Shown: piece by piece, positions 48,046 through 58,123 of the stretch
How the letters are laid out: every line of letters starts with the position of its first letter
Numbering within the stretch: position 1 is the stretch's first letter
Assembly: GCA_963701855.1 (NCBI GenBank)
Contig: CAVPBK010000001.1
Coordinates: 64,001 to 128,000 of the forward strand
Source of the DNA: Nitrospirota bacterium
GTDB lineage: Bacteria > Nitrospirota > Nitrospiria > Nitrospirales > Nitrospiraceae
Direction of reading: 5' to 3'
Length of the DNA: 64,000 nt
Notes under the pieces: model-generated
The model's database searches: none
What the model was told of the DNA's origin: nothing
The model's input: the letters and a program-made list of their open reading frames with translations, nothing else
Position numbers and translations under genes: made by a program

Positions 48046-49416
48046 ATGAACAGAACGTTTACCGGAATCTGTGCCGTCCATACAGTATTGATCGTGGTGC
48101 TGATCCTCAGCATACCGACCATCACCCATGCAGCAAAACTGAGTCAAGCAAACAGTCACCCCACCCGCTGCGAGAGCCCCTACAAAAAGAAACCCGTGCC
48201 ACCCAAACAACTGCAGGCAATCCTGGAATCGCATGGACAGTGGCTCGAACAACGTGAGAAGCCGGGATATCAGCGCGCGGATCTGTGCCAGGCGGACTTG
48301 CGCCACGCGAAACTCGCGGGGGCCGATCTGGAACGGGCACGACTGGAAGGGACCCTCCTCAGCCAGGCGAATCTCCGCGAAAGTGATTTGTCGCAAGCGA
48401 GTCTCGCGGGGGCCGATCTCACGAGAGCCGTCTTGCAAGACAGCAACCTGACGGGAGCCGATCTCCGGCATGCACGATTGTCCAATGCCAATTTGTCCCG
48501 TGCGACAGGCGATGAAGCGGCGCTCTACAACGCCGTCCTGACCGGTGCACAACTGCAAGAATCCACCTTCGAGCGGGCCCATTTTGAGGGGGCAGACCTC
48601 GCATCAGCCGATCTGACGAACGCCTCTTTCGTCGACACCTACTTCTATGGCGCCAATCTCCATCGGGCCACGTTGGCCGGAACAGATCTAATGGGGGCGG
48701 ACCTCCGCCGAACCGTCATGACTAACGCAAACCTTCATCAGGCTAATCTGCAAGGAGCACTTCTCGACGGCGCCAGTCTAGCGGGGGCCAACCTGCGTGA
48801 GGCCATCCTTCGCGGGGCGGACCTGCGATACGCGAACTTCCATTCGGCCGGCTTGCAGCAGGCTAATCTGGAAGAGGCCAATCTGGAAGGAGCGCAGTTG
48901 ACCAAGGCGAAGGTGCCATCAGGCAAACTTCGGATGGCGATTTTGTATACGGCCATCCTGGACCAGGCGGATTTCCGAAGCGCCCAATTCTACCGAGCCG
49001 TGCTGATCGGCGCCAGGGGAACCGGTACCATCTTTACGAAGGCGGACCTCAGCGAGATCTATGCACCCAAAGCCCAATTCCATCGCGCACAATTCAATGA
49101 AGCGGCCATGGAATCGGCCAATCTCGTCGCAGCGGACTTGAAGGACTCGAACTTCACCCGAACCAATCTCGCCCATGCCAACCTCCAAGAGGCGAACCTC
49201 CGAGGCGCCATGTTATCAGGAGCCGATCTCACCGGCGCACAACTCGACAAGGCAGATCTCCACCGCGCGACGCTGCATGGAGCCAACCTGGCTTCAGTCT
49301 CAGGCTTGACGCAGGCCCAACTCGATACAGCCTGCGTAGACGAGCAGACGAAATTACCAGCGGAACTCAACCGCCCCGCTCCATGCGTGGCGGCAACTAT
49401 GAAGAGAGACCGGTGA
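48046..49416 (+). CDS. exported pentapeptide-repeat protein
   Basis: N-terminal signal/TM segment followed by long A(D/N)Lxx repeats. Confidence 0.93.
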   Translation: MNRTFTGICAVHTVLIVVLILSIPTITHAAKLSQANSHPTRCESPYKKKPVPPKQLQAILESHGQWLEQREKPGYQRADLCQADLRHAKLAGADLERARLEGTLLSQANLRESDLSQASLAGADLTRAVLQDSNLTGADLRHARLSNANLSRATGDEAALYNAVLTGAQLQESTFERAHFEGADLASADLTNASFVDTYFYGANLHRATLAGTDLMGADLRRTVMTNANLHQANLQGALLDGASLAGANLREAILRGADLRYANFHSAGLQQANLEEANLEGAQLTKAKVPSGKLRMAILYTAILDQADFRSAQFYRAVLIGARGTGTIFTKADLSEIYAPKAQFHRAQFNEAAMESANLVAADLKDSNFTRTNLAHANLQEANLRGAMLSGADLTGAQLDKADLHRATLHGANLASVSGLTQAQLDTACVDEQTKLPAELNRPAPCVAATMKRDR

Positions 49417-49465
49417 CCAAGGTAAGGCTTCAATTGACAAGGGCCTAGGAAAAAATAGTAAAAAC

Positions 49466-51130
49466 CTAAAGAACCGACTTTTGCTGCTGTCCCTTCTTGA
49501 TCGCAGCCCCGCTCGTTTCTGCTTGAGACTTATCGACGATCCCTTTGGCAGCGTCCAACGCACGTATGGTCGCCTCAAGCCCCGTCATGTGAGTGGTGTA
49601 ATTCTTGATCCGCGTCCCGGGCCCACTATAGTTAAAACCCTCGAACCCCAACGCCACCTCGAGAAAGATGGCACCACATCTGGCCGCCGACTGCTTAAAC
49701 TCCTGAATCATCAGGGGAGACCCCTGGGGCTGGAATTCGACGACGCCCGGTCTCAGTCTGGGGCAGCCGCCGAAACTATTTGCGGGGGCGGGTTTACGCA
49801 GTGTTCCGTTGTTGTCGTAGCGCCATCGATATATACCAGGGGAACCCGGCAACAACTCGGTGGGAGGCCCGTATTTCTCCACCAGTGTCTTCGCGAATGC
49901 GTCAACAGTCGGGTTCTTACTGGCCGGAATATACTCGGTCAGATTGAGCGACACAATTCCCTCCTGTCCAGGAACAGGCCCAAAGAATGCGGTAAGCATA
50001 ACAACGGCGTTCTCAGTTGCAGGGGTTTTTATGTCACTAATAGCACCGGATATTCTGGCCACATAATTCGTGTTTGGCACAGGCTGCGGAGCCTGTCCGG
50101 AAAGCCTGATCGCCAGCGTGTTCATGCCCTCAACATAATTTTCAACGGGTCTATTCGGGGATTTGGCCGATGATCGGAAACCATGCGACTTGAATATCTC
50201 GCGGGCCTGATCAGGCGCCATGCCGATGCGCAAACCGAGCACGTCCGGACCAGACCCGCCGCTCCCGACAGATTTCGAGCCGCTTTTGATTGTCGCGGCA
50301 TCACCCGACGGAGGATCGTTTATATTCGACTTTTGATCGAGCGAACGACTCGCATTGGGCGCGGCTGGCTTCTGGCTATTCGGCTGCCCGTTGCCCGACG
50401 CCCCTACGGCTGCCCCAGGTGCGGACGACTTCGACGAAGCCGATGACTTGGGCGTCGCAGGACTAGTGCGACGAGGAGACAATTGGGCAAGCTTGATGTC
50501 GTTGTTCTGCTCCGTAGCGCCAGTAGACTGAGGTGGCTGGGACTGGACGCGAATCCCCGAGAGGTTGATCTCGCGTTTTATTGCAATCTGACCTGGAACC
50601 GCTTGACCGTGAGCGTCCATCTTCATAATCCAAATTTCTCCACGCAGCGAAAAAGTCAGGCCTACGGGAGCCTGTCCATTTTGGTAAAACGAGATTGCGC
50701 CCTGCGTTTCTCGGTCTGGCTCTAACGGTACTGGATTATTGAGACTGCCAAGACCTTTGCTATCCCCCGTATTCCAGCTTCTTCCGCTGCTGTCCGTCAG
50801 AGAAGTGAGCCCCGTCAAAGTGATGAAGAGTCTGCGCCCAGTTCGGTTCACGAGCGACAGGCCGACATCAGCTTTTGTGTCATGGCTGAACAGCTGTATC
50901 TCCGTCACATTCACACAAAACTCCGGCGTTGCGCTGGAGGATACTCCTGCCGGTGGGCAGGGGCTTAAAGACTGACTGAACGGCGCTGGCTGGGGTCTAA
51001 CCTGATCTTTCTGCTCTATTGTGCACGACGCGAGCCCCACTCCGCCTGCCAATACGATGCATGCTTGCATCAACCACCCTATATTCATGATCAAGCATCT
51101 TTGTAGAAGACCGTTGAACTGTATGTCCAT
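49466..51130 (-). CDS. hypothetical lipoprotein (two domains joined by a P/S/A/K-rich linker)
   Basis: Lipobox LASC after a hydrophobic stretch; GAGAGGAG RBS; start uncertain. Confidence 0.7.
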   Translation of the reverse strand: MDIQFNGLLQRCLIMNIGWLMQACIVLAGGVGLASCTIEQKDQVRPQPAPFSQSLSPCPPAGVSSSATPEFCVNVTEIQLFSHDTKADVGLSLVNRTGRRLFITLTGLTSLTDSSGRSWNTGDSKGLGSLNNPVPLEPDRETQGAISFYQNGQAPVGLTFSLRGEIWIMKMDAHGQAVPGQIAIKREINLSGIRVQSQPPQSTGATEQNNDIKLAQLSPRRTSPATPKSSASSKSSAPGAAVGASGNGQPNSQKPAAPNASRSLDQKSNINDPPSGDAATIKSGSKSVGSGGSGPDVLGLRIGMAPDQAREIFKSHGFRSSAKSPNRPVENYVEGMNTLAIRLSGQAPQPVPNTNYVARISGAISDIKTPATENAVVMLTAFFGPVPGQEGIVSLNLTEYIPASKNPTVDAFAKTLVEKYGPPTELLPGSPGIYRWRYDNNGTLRKPAPANSFGGCPRLRPGVVEFQPQGSPLMIQEFKQSAARCGAIFLEVALGFEGFNYSGPGTRIKNYTTHMTGLEATIRALDAAKGIVDKSQAETSGAAIKKGQQQKSVL

Positions 51131-51495
51131 GTGACGCCTCTCCTCTCAGGCAGGTGAACGCTTTCACTCCTGGCCCTCAACAAGTGTACTGCTCCACTTA
51201 GTTTCTGGCCAGTTTGTTGAACATTGTTAACCATCCTTTCTGCAACGCATTCAGCCCACTTCGAGTCTCCACTTCTAAAGGAATATCCAGGCACACTCGC
51301 TCGTGACTCTGGTGAGAGACCTTCGGCTGTCATCGCAGCGATGGGTCTTGAATAAATTCAGTGGGATTCCTGCATCCAACTGACTTAGTTACCTGTCCAC
51401 AATTTAAAGTGGGGCACAACAGGCGAAGAAATGGCCATTTGAATGTCCTTCAAACAGATGATTGGTGGACATCCAGCAATCAGAGTTGGGCCTCA

Positions 51496-51611
51496 GAGCA
51501 GCGCTTTAGAAAACCGTTCTCGCAATCCTACTCCAGCCAAGGTTTGCCAAAAATCCGAACTTTGGCTCGGGTAGGCTGAAATGAGGTGGGGTTGAACACA
51601 AAATAAGTACA
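51496..51611 (-). other. second att-like remnant, homologous to 2083-2240
   Basis: Minus strand TGTACTTATTTTGTGTTCAAC...CCTACCCGAGCCAAAG...GGCTGGAGTAGGATTGCGAGAACGGTTTTCTAAAGCGCTGCTC. Confidence 0.5.
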
Positions 51612-51745
51612 ATCGGCTCCCCAGCAGTGATGTGCAGTATTCAAAGACATTACTTAGCTGTACGTATTTACCACGGCTTACAACCCGGCGAGATATGCTG
51701 TACTCTTCCGCTCGTTTTTCTTGCCTCATACAACGGAGGTTACGC

Positions 51746-53168
51746 ATGTTGAAACTTCGCGCGGGTATACTAAGTGCGCTCTTGCTGGGTACCGTAACTG
51801 TCGTGGCAGCCGAGACTGGCCCTCCTACGTTTCTCCCGAACCTCTTTCCCTTTCCCAACTCCCATGGAATCCTGAAAACCTTCAATGAAAGCGGGAAGCT
51901 CGATCTCACCGGTCCGTTTTTCCAGAGTCTTGGTACCAACGGCCGCAGCTGTGCCAGCTGCCATCAAGCCAGTGACGCCTGGTCCGTCTCAGCCGCGCAC
52001 GTCGCCAAGCGGTTTGAAGAGACGCATGGCCTCGACCCGATCTTTCGTACCAATGACGGCTCCAACTGTGATCACAGTATCGACACCTCAACGGTGGAAG
52101 GGCGCCGACATGCCTATAGCCTGCTGACCAGCCGCGGCTTGATCCGTATTGCCATGGCAGTCCCTGCCGGAGCCGAATTTGACGTGGTGAGCGTCAGCAA
52201 CCCTTACGGGTGCAATGAAACCTCGACCCTATCCATGTACCGCCGCCCGCTTCCTTCAACCAACCTCCGGTTTCTGACCACCGTAATGTGGGATGGGCGT
52301 GAATCCTCCACACAGACCGGCACGATACCGATTACACCGCTCGGCTCGAACCCCGGTGATTTGCAGACTGACCTGCTCCATCAATCGGTCGATGCCACCA
52401 TGGGACATGCCCAAGCCACCACGCCACCCACGCCGCAACAGCAGCGGCAAATCGTGATGTTTGAACTGGGACTGTCGACCGCACAGGCCGTCGAGTTTGG
52501 CGCTGGATCGCTCGAGTCCCACGGTGCGCACGGCGGGCCAGTGGCATTGCTTAACCAAGACTTCTTTGTCGGCATCAATGATCCGCTGGGCCTGAACCCC
52601 AGGGGTACCCCGTTCAATCCGGTGATCTTTACCTTGTTTACGCCCACCTGGGCGCATGAACAGTCCCATAACCACCACCGCGCCAGTATTCTGCGCGGGC
52701 AGACGCTGTTCAACTCGCGCCCGATCGCCATCAAGGGCGTCAACGGACTCAACGACGCGCTTGGAGTCGACACCCTTCCGGGGACGTGTGGCACGTGCCA
52801 CGACTCGCCCAATGTCGGCAACCATTCCGTCATAGCACCGTTAAACATCGGGATCGCCGACGTCGGAAATCCGCTGAATCCACTGGGGGTGAGTTATTTG
52901 CCGGTCATCAAGCTGCGCCAGAAAGCGGATCCGACGAAGGAGATTTCCACCACCGATCCCGGACGAGCGTTAGTGACGGGTAAATGGGCGGATATCGGCA
53001 AGTTCAAAGGACCGATTCTTCGAGGACTTTCAGCCCGGGCACCCTACTTCCACAATGGCTCGGCGGAGAGCCTGAAGGACGTCGTCGAATTCTACGAACG
53101 TCCGTTTTGACATGGGATTGACTGAAAGAGAAAAAGCCGACCTGGCCGCGTTCTTAAGTACCTTGTAA
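51746..53168 (+). CDS. di-heme cytochrome c peroxidase-like protein, frameshifted near the 3' end
   Basis: Signal peptide, CASCH, MWDGR, CGTCH, DPGRALVTG, FK.P.LR.L..RAPYFHNGS. The frame stops at 53110 but the next frame continues RFDMGLTEREKADLAAFLSTL* to 53168. Confidence 0.8.
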
Positions 53169-53431
53169 CAACCGGCGATCGTGAACATGCTGCGGCGCTC
53201 AGCAAAATCCTGCTGGGCGCCCAGCGCTCCGCTCCGATGGTCAAACCTGAACCGCAGGGGCGACACACCTCTTCGGCGCGGAAGCATCCCCTAGCCCCTG
53301 GTCCAGAATCCTCCACATCAATCAATCCAGTACCGGTTGTCATGTTTCACGAATTTCTGTTGTCTGAGATAGAGTCACAAACAAACGATTTTGGATTTTG
53401 GACATCGGAGATCTTACTCGCCTTAGGTTCC

Positions 53432-54496
53432 TCAGACCTTTTGCTCGACCTTAGTCCGTCCTGTCACTTCATGCACACCTCCAGCCACCAGATGCTGGAC
53501 CAAGTTGTAAAAAATGATTGGAACCATGACTCGCGGGTAGGAGGCCAGCACAAGCGAGGCTAGGACCAGCCCAGTCCCGTTGTTATTCATCCCCAATCCG
53601 TACATGAGCGAGATACGGTCAGCCTGGTCTACCTTGAACAGATTGCTCAGCCCATACCCGGAGGCAAAGGCCGTGACGCAGAGGCCCGTGGTGATTCCCA
53701 ACGTCACCGCCAAGAAGTCGAAATCGCGGTCCGCCACTGCTTGGGGAAGCGAGACCGATCCATTCGAGTAGTTCAATAGCAATAAGACGATGGAATTGAT
53801 GAGCTTGATGAAGGGCATGACAGCCGTGAGCCGGGTTTCAGGAACGGCGAATCGCACAGCAAGGCCCAGCACGGATGGCAGTACGATCCAGAGGCCCAAG
53901 AACGCTCCTGATCCGTAGGCGGCAAGGTCCTGCAGCACCGTCTCATACTCCTCCGACGCCATCTCCCCGAATACCTGCAGCGCCACCGGCGTGATGATAG
54001 GGCTCAGAACGGTTGAGGCGAGGACCAATCCTAAGCTCAGCGCCAGATTTCCATTAGAGTTCTGCGCCCAGGCAGTAGACGCGCCGGCAATCGGCATGGC
54101 GGCGACCAACGCGAGGCCGACGAGGATATGCTGCGCTTCATCCGGCTCATACCACAGCCGCATGACCAGGGTGACGCCAAAAATATAGATCATGGGGATG
54201 ACCAAATTGGCCGCGAGTCCGGCCAACATCACTCTGCTTTTTTGCATGAGGGATTTTAAGTGCGACGTCTTCACGCCCAATCCGGCGTTAAACATGAGCG
54301 TGGCGAGGAGAAGCAGGAGCAAAGAGACATGGATTTTTGTCTGGAAAGCTGGAACGTCGCCCACATTAACGTTCCTGATCCATAAGCCGGCCGTTGGAAA
54401 AACGGCGGCGATGGCATAGGCACTAATCAAGAACCAGAGCAAATGATGGTGGATGAATCGTGACAGAGCGAGGAGCGTGAATCTGCGATTATCCAT
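53432..54496 (-). CDS. bile acid:sodium symporter (BASS) family transporter
   Basis: About ten TM segments, MFNAGL, P.AGAS..W...SNGNLALS, GMNNNG. Confidence 0.88.
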   Translation of the reverse strand: MDNRRFTLLALSRFIHHHLLWFLISAYAIAAVFPTAGLWIRNVNVGDVPAFQTKIHVSLLLLLLATLMFNAGLGVKTSHLKSLMQKSRVMLAGLAANLVIPMIYIFGVTLVMRLWYEPDEAQHILVGLALVAAMPIAGASTAWAQNSNGNLALSLGLVLASTVLSPIITPVALQVFGEMASEEYETVLQDLAAYGSGAFLGLWIVLPSVLGLAVRFAVPETRLTAVMPFIKLINSIVLLLLNYSNGSVSLPQAVADRDFDFLAVTLGITTGLCVTAFASGYGLSNLFKVDQADRISLMYGLGMNNNGTGLVLASLVLASYPRVMVPIIFYNLVQHLVAGGVHEVTGRTKVEQKV

Positions 54497-54553
54497 AGCT
54501 AGAACATGCTGAGTTGGCTCAAAATCAAATCCCGCCTTTGGCACCACAATAAT

Positions 54554-55396
54554 TTAGGGTGGTGGCGCCTGACCGATGATGTGGACCCTGGGGCCCCGGG
54601 GGAGTGGAATCACACGGTCGTCGTCCGGCTTATTCCCTAAGACCCACACGAACAATTTCTCCGCGTCGAACAGTTCAGGATTCTTCGGCAGCCCATACTG
54701 TTCCTTCTGCATCCGCTCATCGTAGAGGCCTATGCAGCCGTGCGAGGCCGGATAGCCCGGCATGTCCCGTCCATGGATCCAATAGGACAAGCCTTCCCTA
54801 TTTACATAGAATCGGAGCGCGTAATTCATCGGGTACGGCTGGTCCGTCCCTTCGATCGTATAGAGACCGGATTGATGTTGCAGATGGGCAGCGGTCAGAC
54901 GGAACTTCCCTGTGGGCGTTTCGTTGAGTTCATTCCCGGAAGCGATGGGAGTCGAGAAGCGAAGGGCTCCAAATTCATAGGCGCCGAGAAACTGCTCCGT
55001 CAGATCGATCAGAATGAATTTCTCCTTCAGCTCTCCTGGCGGATAGACCAGCGGTAATGGAGTAAATTGCGTCAGATCCTCGAGCCGTCTCGGGACCTTA
55101 ATCGAGACACCGGAGTGCGCGTGACGCCGATCGATCCGATTGAATCGTGCAACGTCCACCCAGTACTCGCCAAATATCTTCTCCAGCGATTCGCCGGGCT
55201 GGATGATACGGCAGTCCCACTCCACCGTGGCATCGCTAGGGTAATGAATCTCGCAGGGACCGCGCTGCTTCTTGGGGGAATCGGCTTGCGCGGAAACGGA
55301 AAGAAACGCGACCATCATTAGTGAGATGATAATCCGTGAACTCCGAAACGACCAGGGCATAGCGGTGGACATGATCGATACACTTGTGGGCGGCAT
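54554..55396 (-). CDS. L,D-transpeptidase (YkuD) with LysM-like N-terminal region
   Basis: IDLTEQ.L.AYE.G, TPTG.F, MNYAL, WIHG....GYPASHGCI. Confidence 0.88.
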   Translation of the reverse strand: MPPTSVSIMSTAMPWSFRSSRIIISLMMVAFLSVSAQADSPKKQRGPCEIHYPSDATVEWDCRIIQPGESLEKIFGEYWVDVARFNRIDRRHAHSGVSIKVPRRLEDLTQFTPLPLVYPPGELKEKFILIDLTEQFLGAYEFGALRFSTPIASGNELNETPTGKFRLTAAHLQHQSGLYTIEGTDQPYPMNYALRFYVNREGLSYWIHGRDMPGYPASHGCIGLYDERMQKEQYGLPKNPELFDAEKLFVWVLGNKPDDDRVIPLPRGPRVHIIGQAPPP

Positions 55397-55423
55397 CGCG
55401 GTGAATCATATAATGGGGTCCTC

Positions 55424-55632
55424 CAGGCTGTTCAAAAAGACCGTCCAGCAAGGCCGCAGCGAGCAACTAAAAATAGTTTCTCCGAGCTTGCTCGTTGACG
55501 TTTCCCCAGGATGGCCCGGATGAGTCCCCACTGCGCGCGTCCAACGAGGGCTTTCTCAAGCCGCGCGTTGTGCGAGCACAGGGGAGTCACCGGGCCATCC
55601 CTCTTCTGCTGGCGGTTTTTTTCAACAGCCTG
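55424..55632 (+). mobile_element. MITE-like family 1 element with module A
   Basis: CAGGCTGTTCAAAAAG...TTTTTTCAACAGCCTG; abuts the TAA stop of the CBS gene. Confidence 0.8.
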
Positions 55633-56067
55633 TTAAGACCAATACTGCGATGCCTTGGCATACCCAAACAACCGATCCCGCCGTGCCAGGATACCGACGA
55701 GCTTGCCGTTCCGAACCACAGGCACCCGCGTAATATAGCGATCCTGGAACAGATTCGCGACCTCTTCCAACTTCATATTCTCAGTGGCAGTTACCGGATG
55801 GGTGCTCATCATTTCAACAGCCATCACCTTCCGCAGATCCCGCCCCTCGATCATCGCCTGAAGCAGATCATACTCGCTTATCAGACCAACCAAGGTCCGG
55901 TCCTCTTCCACCATCGGCAGGCTGCCAAAATTTCGCTGGGTCATCATCCGGCTGATGGTCAGAGCATCGGTCCTGGAGCCACAGGTAAAGACCGCATCCT
56001 GCATCAATTGTCCCACAGTCAAAGTCTTCGGGTCGCAGGCCGTCGCAAGAAACTCCGTTTGTCGCAT
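55633..56067 (-). CDS. CBS-domain protein
   Basis: Tandem CBS pair: GSLPMV...LVGLISEYDL, RVPVV..GKLVGILARRD. Confidence 0.9.
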   Translation of the reverse strand: MRQTEFLATACDPKTLTVGQLMQDAVFTCGSRTDALTISRMMTQRNFGSLPMVEEDRTLVGLISEYDLLQAMIEGRDLRKVMAVEMMSTHPVTATENMKLEEVANLFQDRYITRVPVVRNGKLVGILARRDRLFGYAKASQYWS

Positions 56068-56124
56068 AACCCCTCCTTCTTATCCTCTATAATAGGAACG
56101 TGCAAATAGCAGGAACGCATTCCC

Positions 56125-56380
56125 GCGGGATGCTCAAAATGACCAGCCTTCTCACCCGCCCAACCCCGGCGCGCCAAGACGCACCGTTCCACGGGCAAGG
56201 CCGCAGGGAGCAGCTAAAATGGTTCCTCCGAGCTTGCTCGTTGACGTTTCCCCAGGATGGCCCGGATGAGTCCCCCACTGTGCGCGTCCAACGAGGGCTT
56301 TCTCAAGCCGCGCGTTGCGCGAGCACAGGGGACTCACTGGGCCATCCCTCTCCTGCTGGCGGCCTTTTTCAGCGTCATGC
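56125..56380 (+). mobile_element. MITE-like family 1 element with module A
   Basis: About 150 bp near-identical to 55480-55625; left end GCGGGATGCTCAAAA. Confidence 0.8.
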
Positions 56381-56818
56381 GCGCCCAGCCGCCAGGTAGG
56401 CACGAAGCACATCCCGCCTGGCAATGATGCCCACGAGCTTGTCTTTGGCATCCACCACCGGTACACGAATCAAATCGCTGGCTCTGAATACATGAACCAG
56501 CGTCAGGAGCATTGCTTCCGGGTGGATCGAATAGGGGTTAAACGTCATGATCTCACTCGCGGCAACGGCACCAAGCTTGCGTCCATCATCCAATGCACCC
56601 AATAGATCATGTTCGCTGACGATACCCAGGAGCTTATCTTTGGCGTCTACGATCGGCACAGCCCCGAATCCTTCGATCATGAGCGACGCGATGACGTCGC
56701 CTTTGGTCTTGAGATGAGCGGACTGCACATGTTTCTGCATAACCTGCTTGACCATCATCAGGCCAAACTCTTTCTTCCTACCTGTCCTGGCCTTCTTCGT
56801 CTTCTTCTTTGTCGGCAT
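56375..56818 (-). CDS. CBS-domain protein
   Basis: GAVPIVD..DKLLGIVSEHDL, RVPVVD..DKLVGIIARRD. Confidence 0.9.
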   Translation of the reverse strand: MPTKKKTKKARTGRKKEFGLMMVKQVMQKHVQSAHLKTKGDVIASLMIEGFGAVPIVDAKDKLLGIVSEHDLLGALDDGRKLGAVAASEIMTFNPYSIHPEAMLLTLVHVFRASDLIRVPVVDAKDKLVGIIARRDVLRAYLAAGRA

Positions 56819-56871
56819 GTATCCCTCCTCACAATTTATTTCGCAGGATAGTCTAGCGGCACTGGCGGAAC

Positions 56872-57021
56872 GGGTTGATCTGGTTCATCTGGTTTATTTT
56901 GTTCATCTGGTTAGTCTCGTGCAACCAAACAAACCAACCAAATAAACAAGAGAAACCAGCCGGTTCTCGCGCTTCACGCGCCATGGTCTGTGGCTCTGGC
57001 GGACTTTTTCCGCAGCCTGCT
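56872..57021. repeat. 9-bp-period inverted hairpin plus family-1 right end
   Basis: TCTGGTTCA/TCTGGTTTA units mirrored by AACCAAACA-type units, then GGCGGACTTTTTCCGCAGCCTGC. Confidence 0.7.
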
Positions 57022-57027
57022 CATGGC

Positions 57028-57558
57028 TCATTGACCGATCGCTTCCCCGGACGGCGCAGCGCTCCCCCGATCTTCCGGCCAGCGGAGATGCACAGTCTTC
57101 ATCTCTCCCGCTTCCACCGTTACCCCCTTGAAACCCTGCGTCCGATCCGCGTAGATCGCCGTGAGGTGATAGGTACCGGACGGAAGTTCGACGAACAACC
57201 AAGGTCCGTTAACATGGTCACGGGGAATGCTGATCGGAGGTCCCCCTTTTGCCGACCGAATGGTGACCGCGACTCCAGCCAGAAAGGGTTTCCCTCCCGC
57301 AGTGAACACGAGCTTCAGCGAGAAAGGGGGATACTCGGCGGTACGTTCATCGATCCCAACCCCGGCGCTGAAATAGCGTGCACCTTCGGCCCGATAGAGC
57401 GGGAGCGAGTCTTTGAACACCTGACCGTTCACTTGATATTCCAATTCGAGAAACTCCCCGGACTCCCCGATTCGGGCGACCGGCCCCCCTTCGGCTAAAC
57501 TCATTCCCCCACATAGGCTACTCCACAACGCAAGTATCGGAATCAGAATCTGTCTCAT
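57028..57558 (-). CDS. exported protein with carboxypeptidase-regulatory-like (beta-sandwich) domain
   Basis: Signal peptide, Y.SAGVGIDER, LKLVF..GGKPFLAGV.V.I, GPWLFVELPSG.Y. Confidence 0.75.
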   Translation of the reverse strand: MRQILIPILALWSSLCGGMSLAEGGPVARIGESGEFLELEYQVNGQVFKDSLPLYRAEGARYFSAGVGIDERTAEYPPFSLKLVFTAGGKPFLAGVAVTIRSAKGGPPISIPRDHVNGPWLFVELPSGTYHLTAIYADRTQGFKGVTVEAGEMKTVHLRWPEDRGSAAPSGEAIGQ

Positions 57559-57626
57559 AGTCACCTCCTGGCAACTCTAGCCGTCTGGGAAAAACTACAT
57601 TGGCACGCAAGACCGGCGGGACGCGA

Positions 57627-57707
57627 GGGTTGATCTAGTTTGTTTTGTTTATCTGGTTAGTTTCGTTCAACCCAAAAACCAAATAGACCAAATGAACAAG
57701 AGAGACT
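57627..57707. repeat. 9-bp-period inverted hairpin
   Basis: Shares GGGTTGATCT...GGTTAGTTTCGTTCAACC...AGACCAAATGAACAAGA with the 45040 copy. Confidence 0.75.
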
Positions 57708-57851
57708 GACGCCAATCACCACAGTGATGCTTTCCTTTCTGCTGCAAAACGCCGCACCATCAATAGGAGCCGGAGTGCCGTTTCTCTTCGCAACCCCTCG
57801 AAACAGGGCTGATTCTCCTTCCTCACTCCCATACGTCACAGGCACATACAA

Positions 57852-57867
57852 TGCAGAACTGATACCC
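57852..57867 (-). promoter_or_regulatory. possible sigma-54 promoter
   Basis: Minus strand GGGTAT-CAGTT-CTGCA (GG-N10-GC), facing the 57558/CBS genes. Confidence 0.35.
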
Positions 57868-57896
57868 GGAATGGCCCGTGCGTTATTGGCGTCATC

Positions 57897-58105
57897 AACC
57901 CGTATTATTCATGACGGTTCGTGGAAAAATCGCGCAGTCGCCACGCGAGACAGGCGCGCGGAGCCGTGAGGGAGGGAGGCATACTTGAAACAGTATGTTG
58001 ACCGACAGAACGGTGAGCCTGCCTGAACGCTGGGCTGACCGCGTCCAGGCTTGTCGTAGCGGCAAATCTGCGATTGCAGCAGAAACGTTCATGAAAAATG
58101 CGGAT
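57897..58105. mobile_element. MITE-like family 2 element
   Basis: AACCCGTATTATTCATGA...TCATGAAAAATGCGGAT; interior matches the reverse complement of 63739-63932. Confidence 0.75.
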
Positions 58106-58123
58106 CAAGGAAGGGAGCCTGTC

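Noticed and set aside
48270..49330. 15-bp periodicity as a non-coding array or Qnr resistance gene
   Set aside because: It is the pentapeptide-repeat coding signal, and the protein has an export signal and is much longer than Qnr
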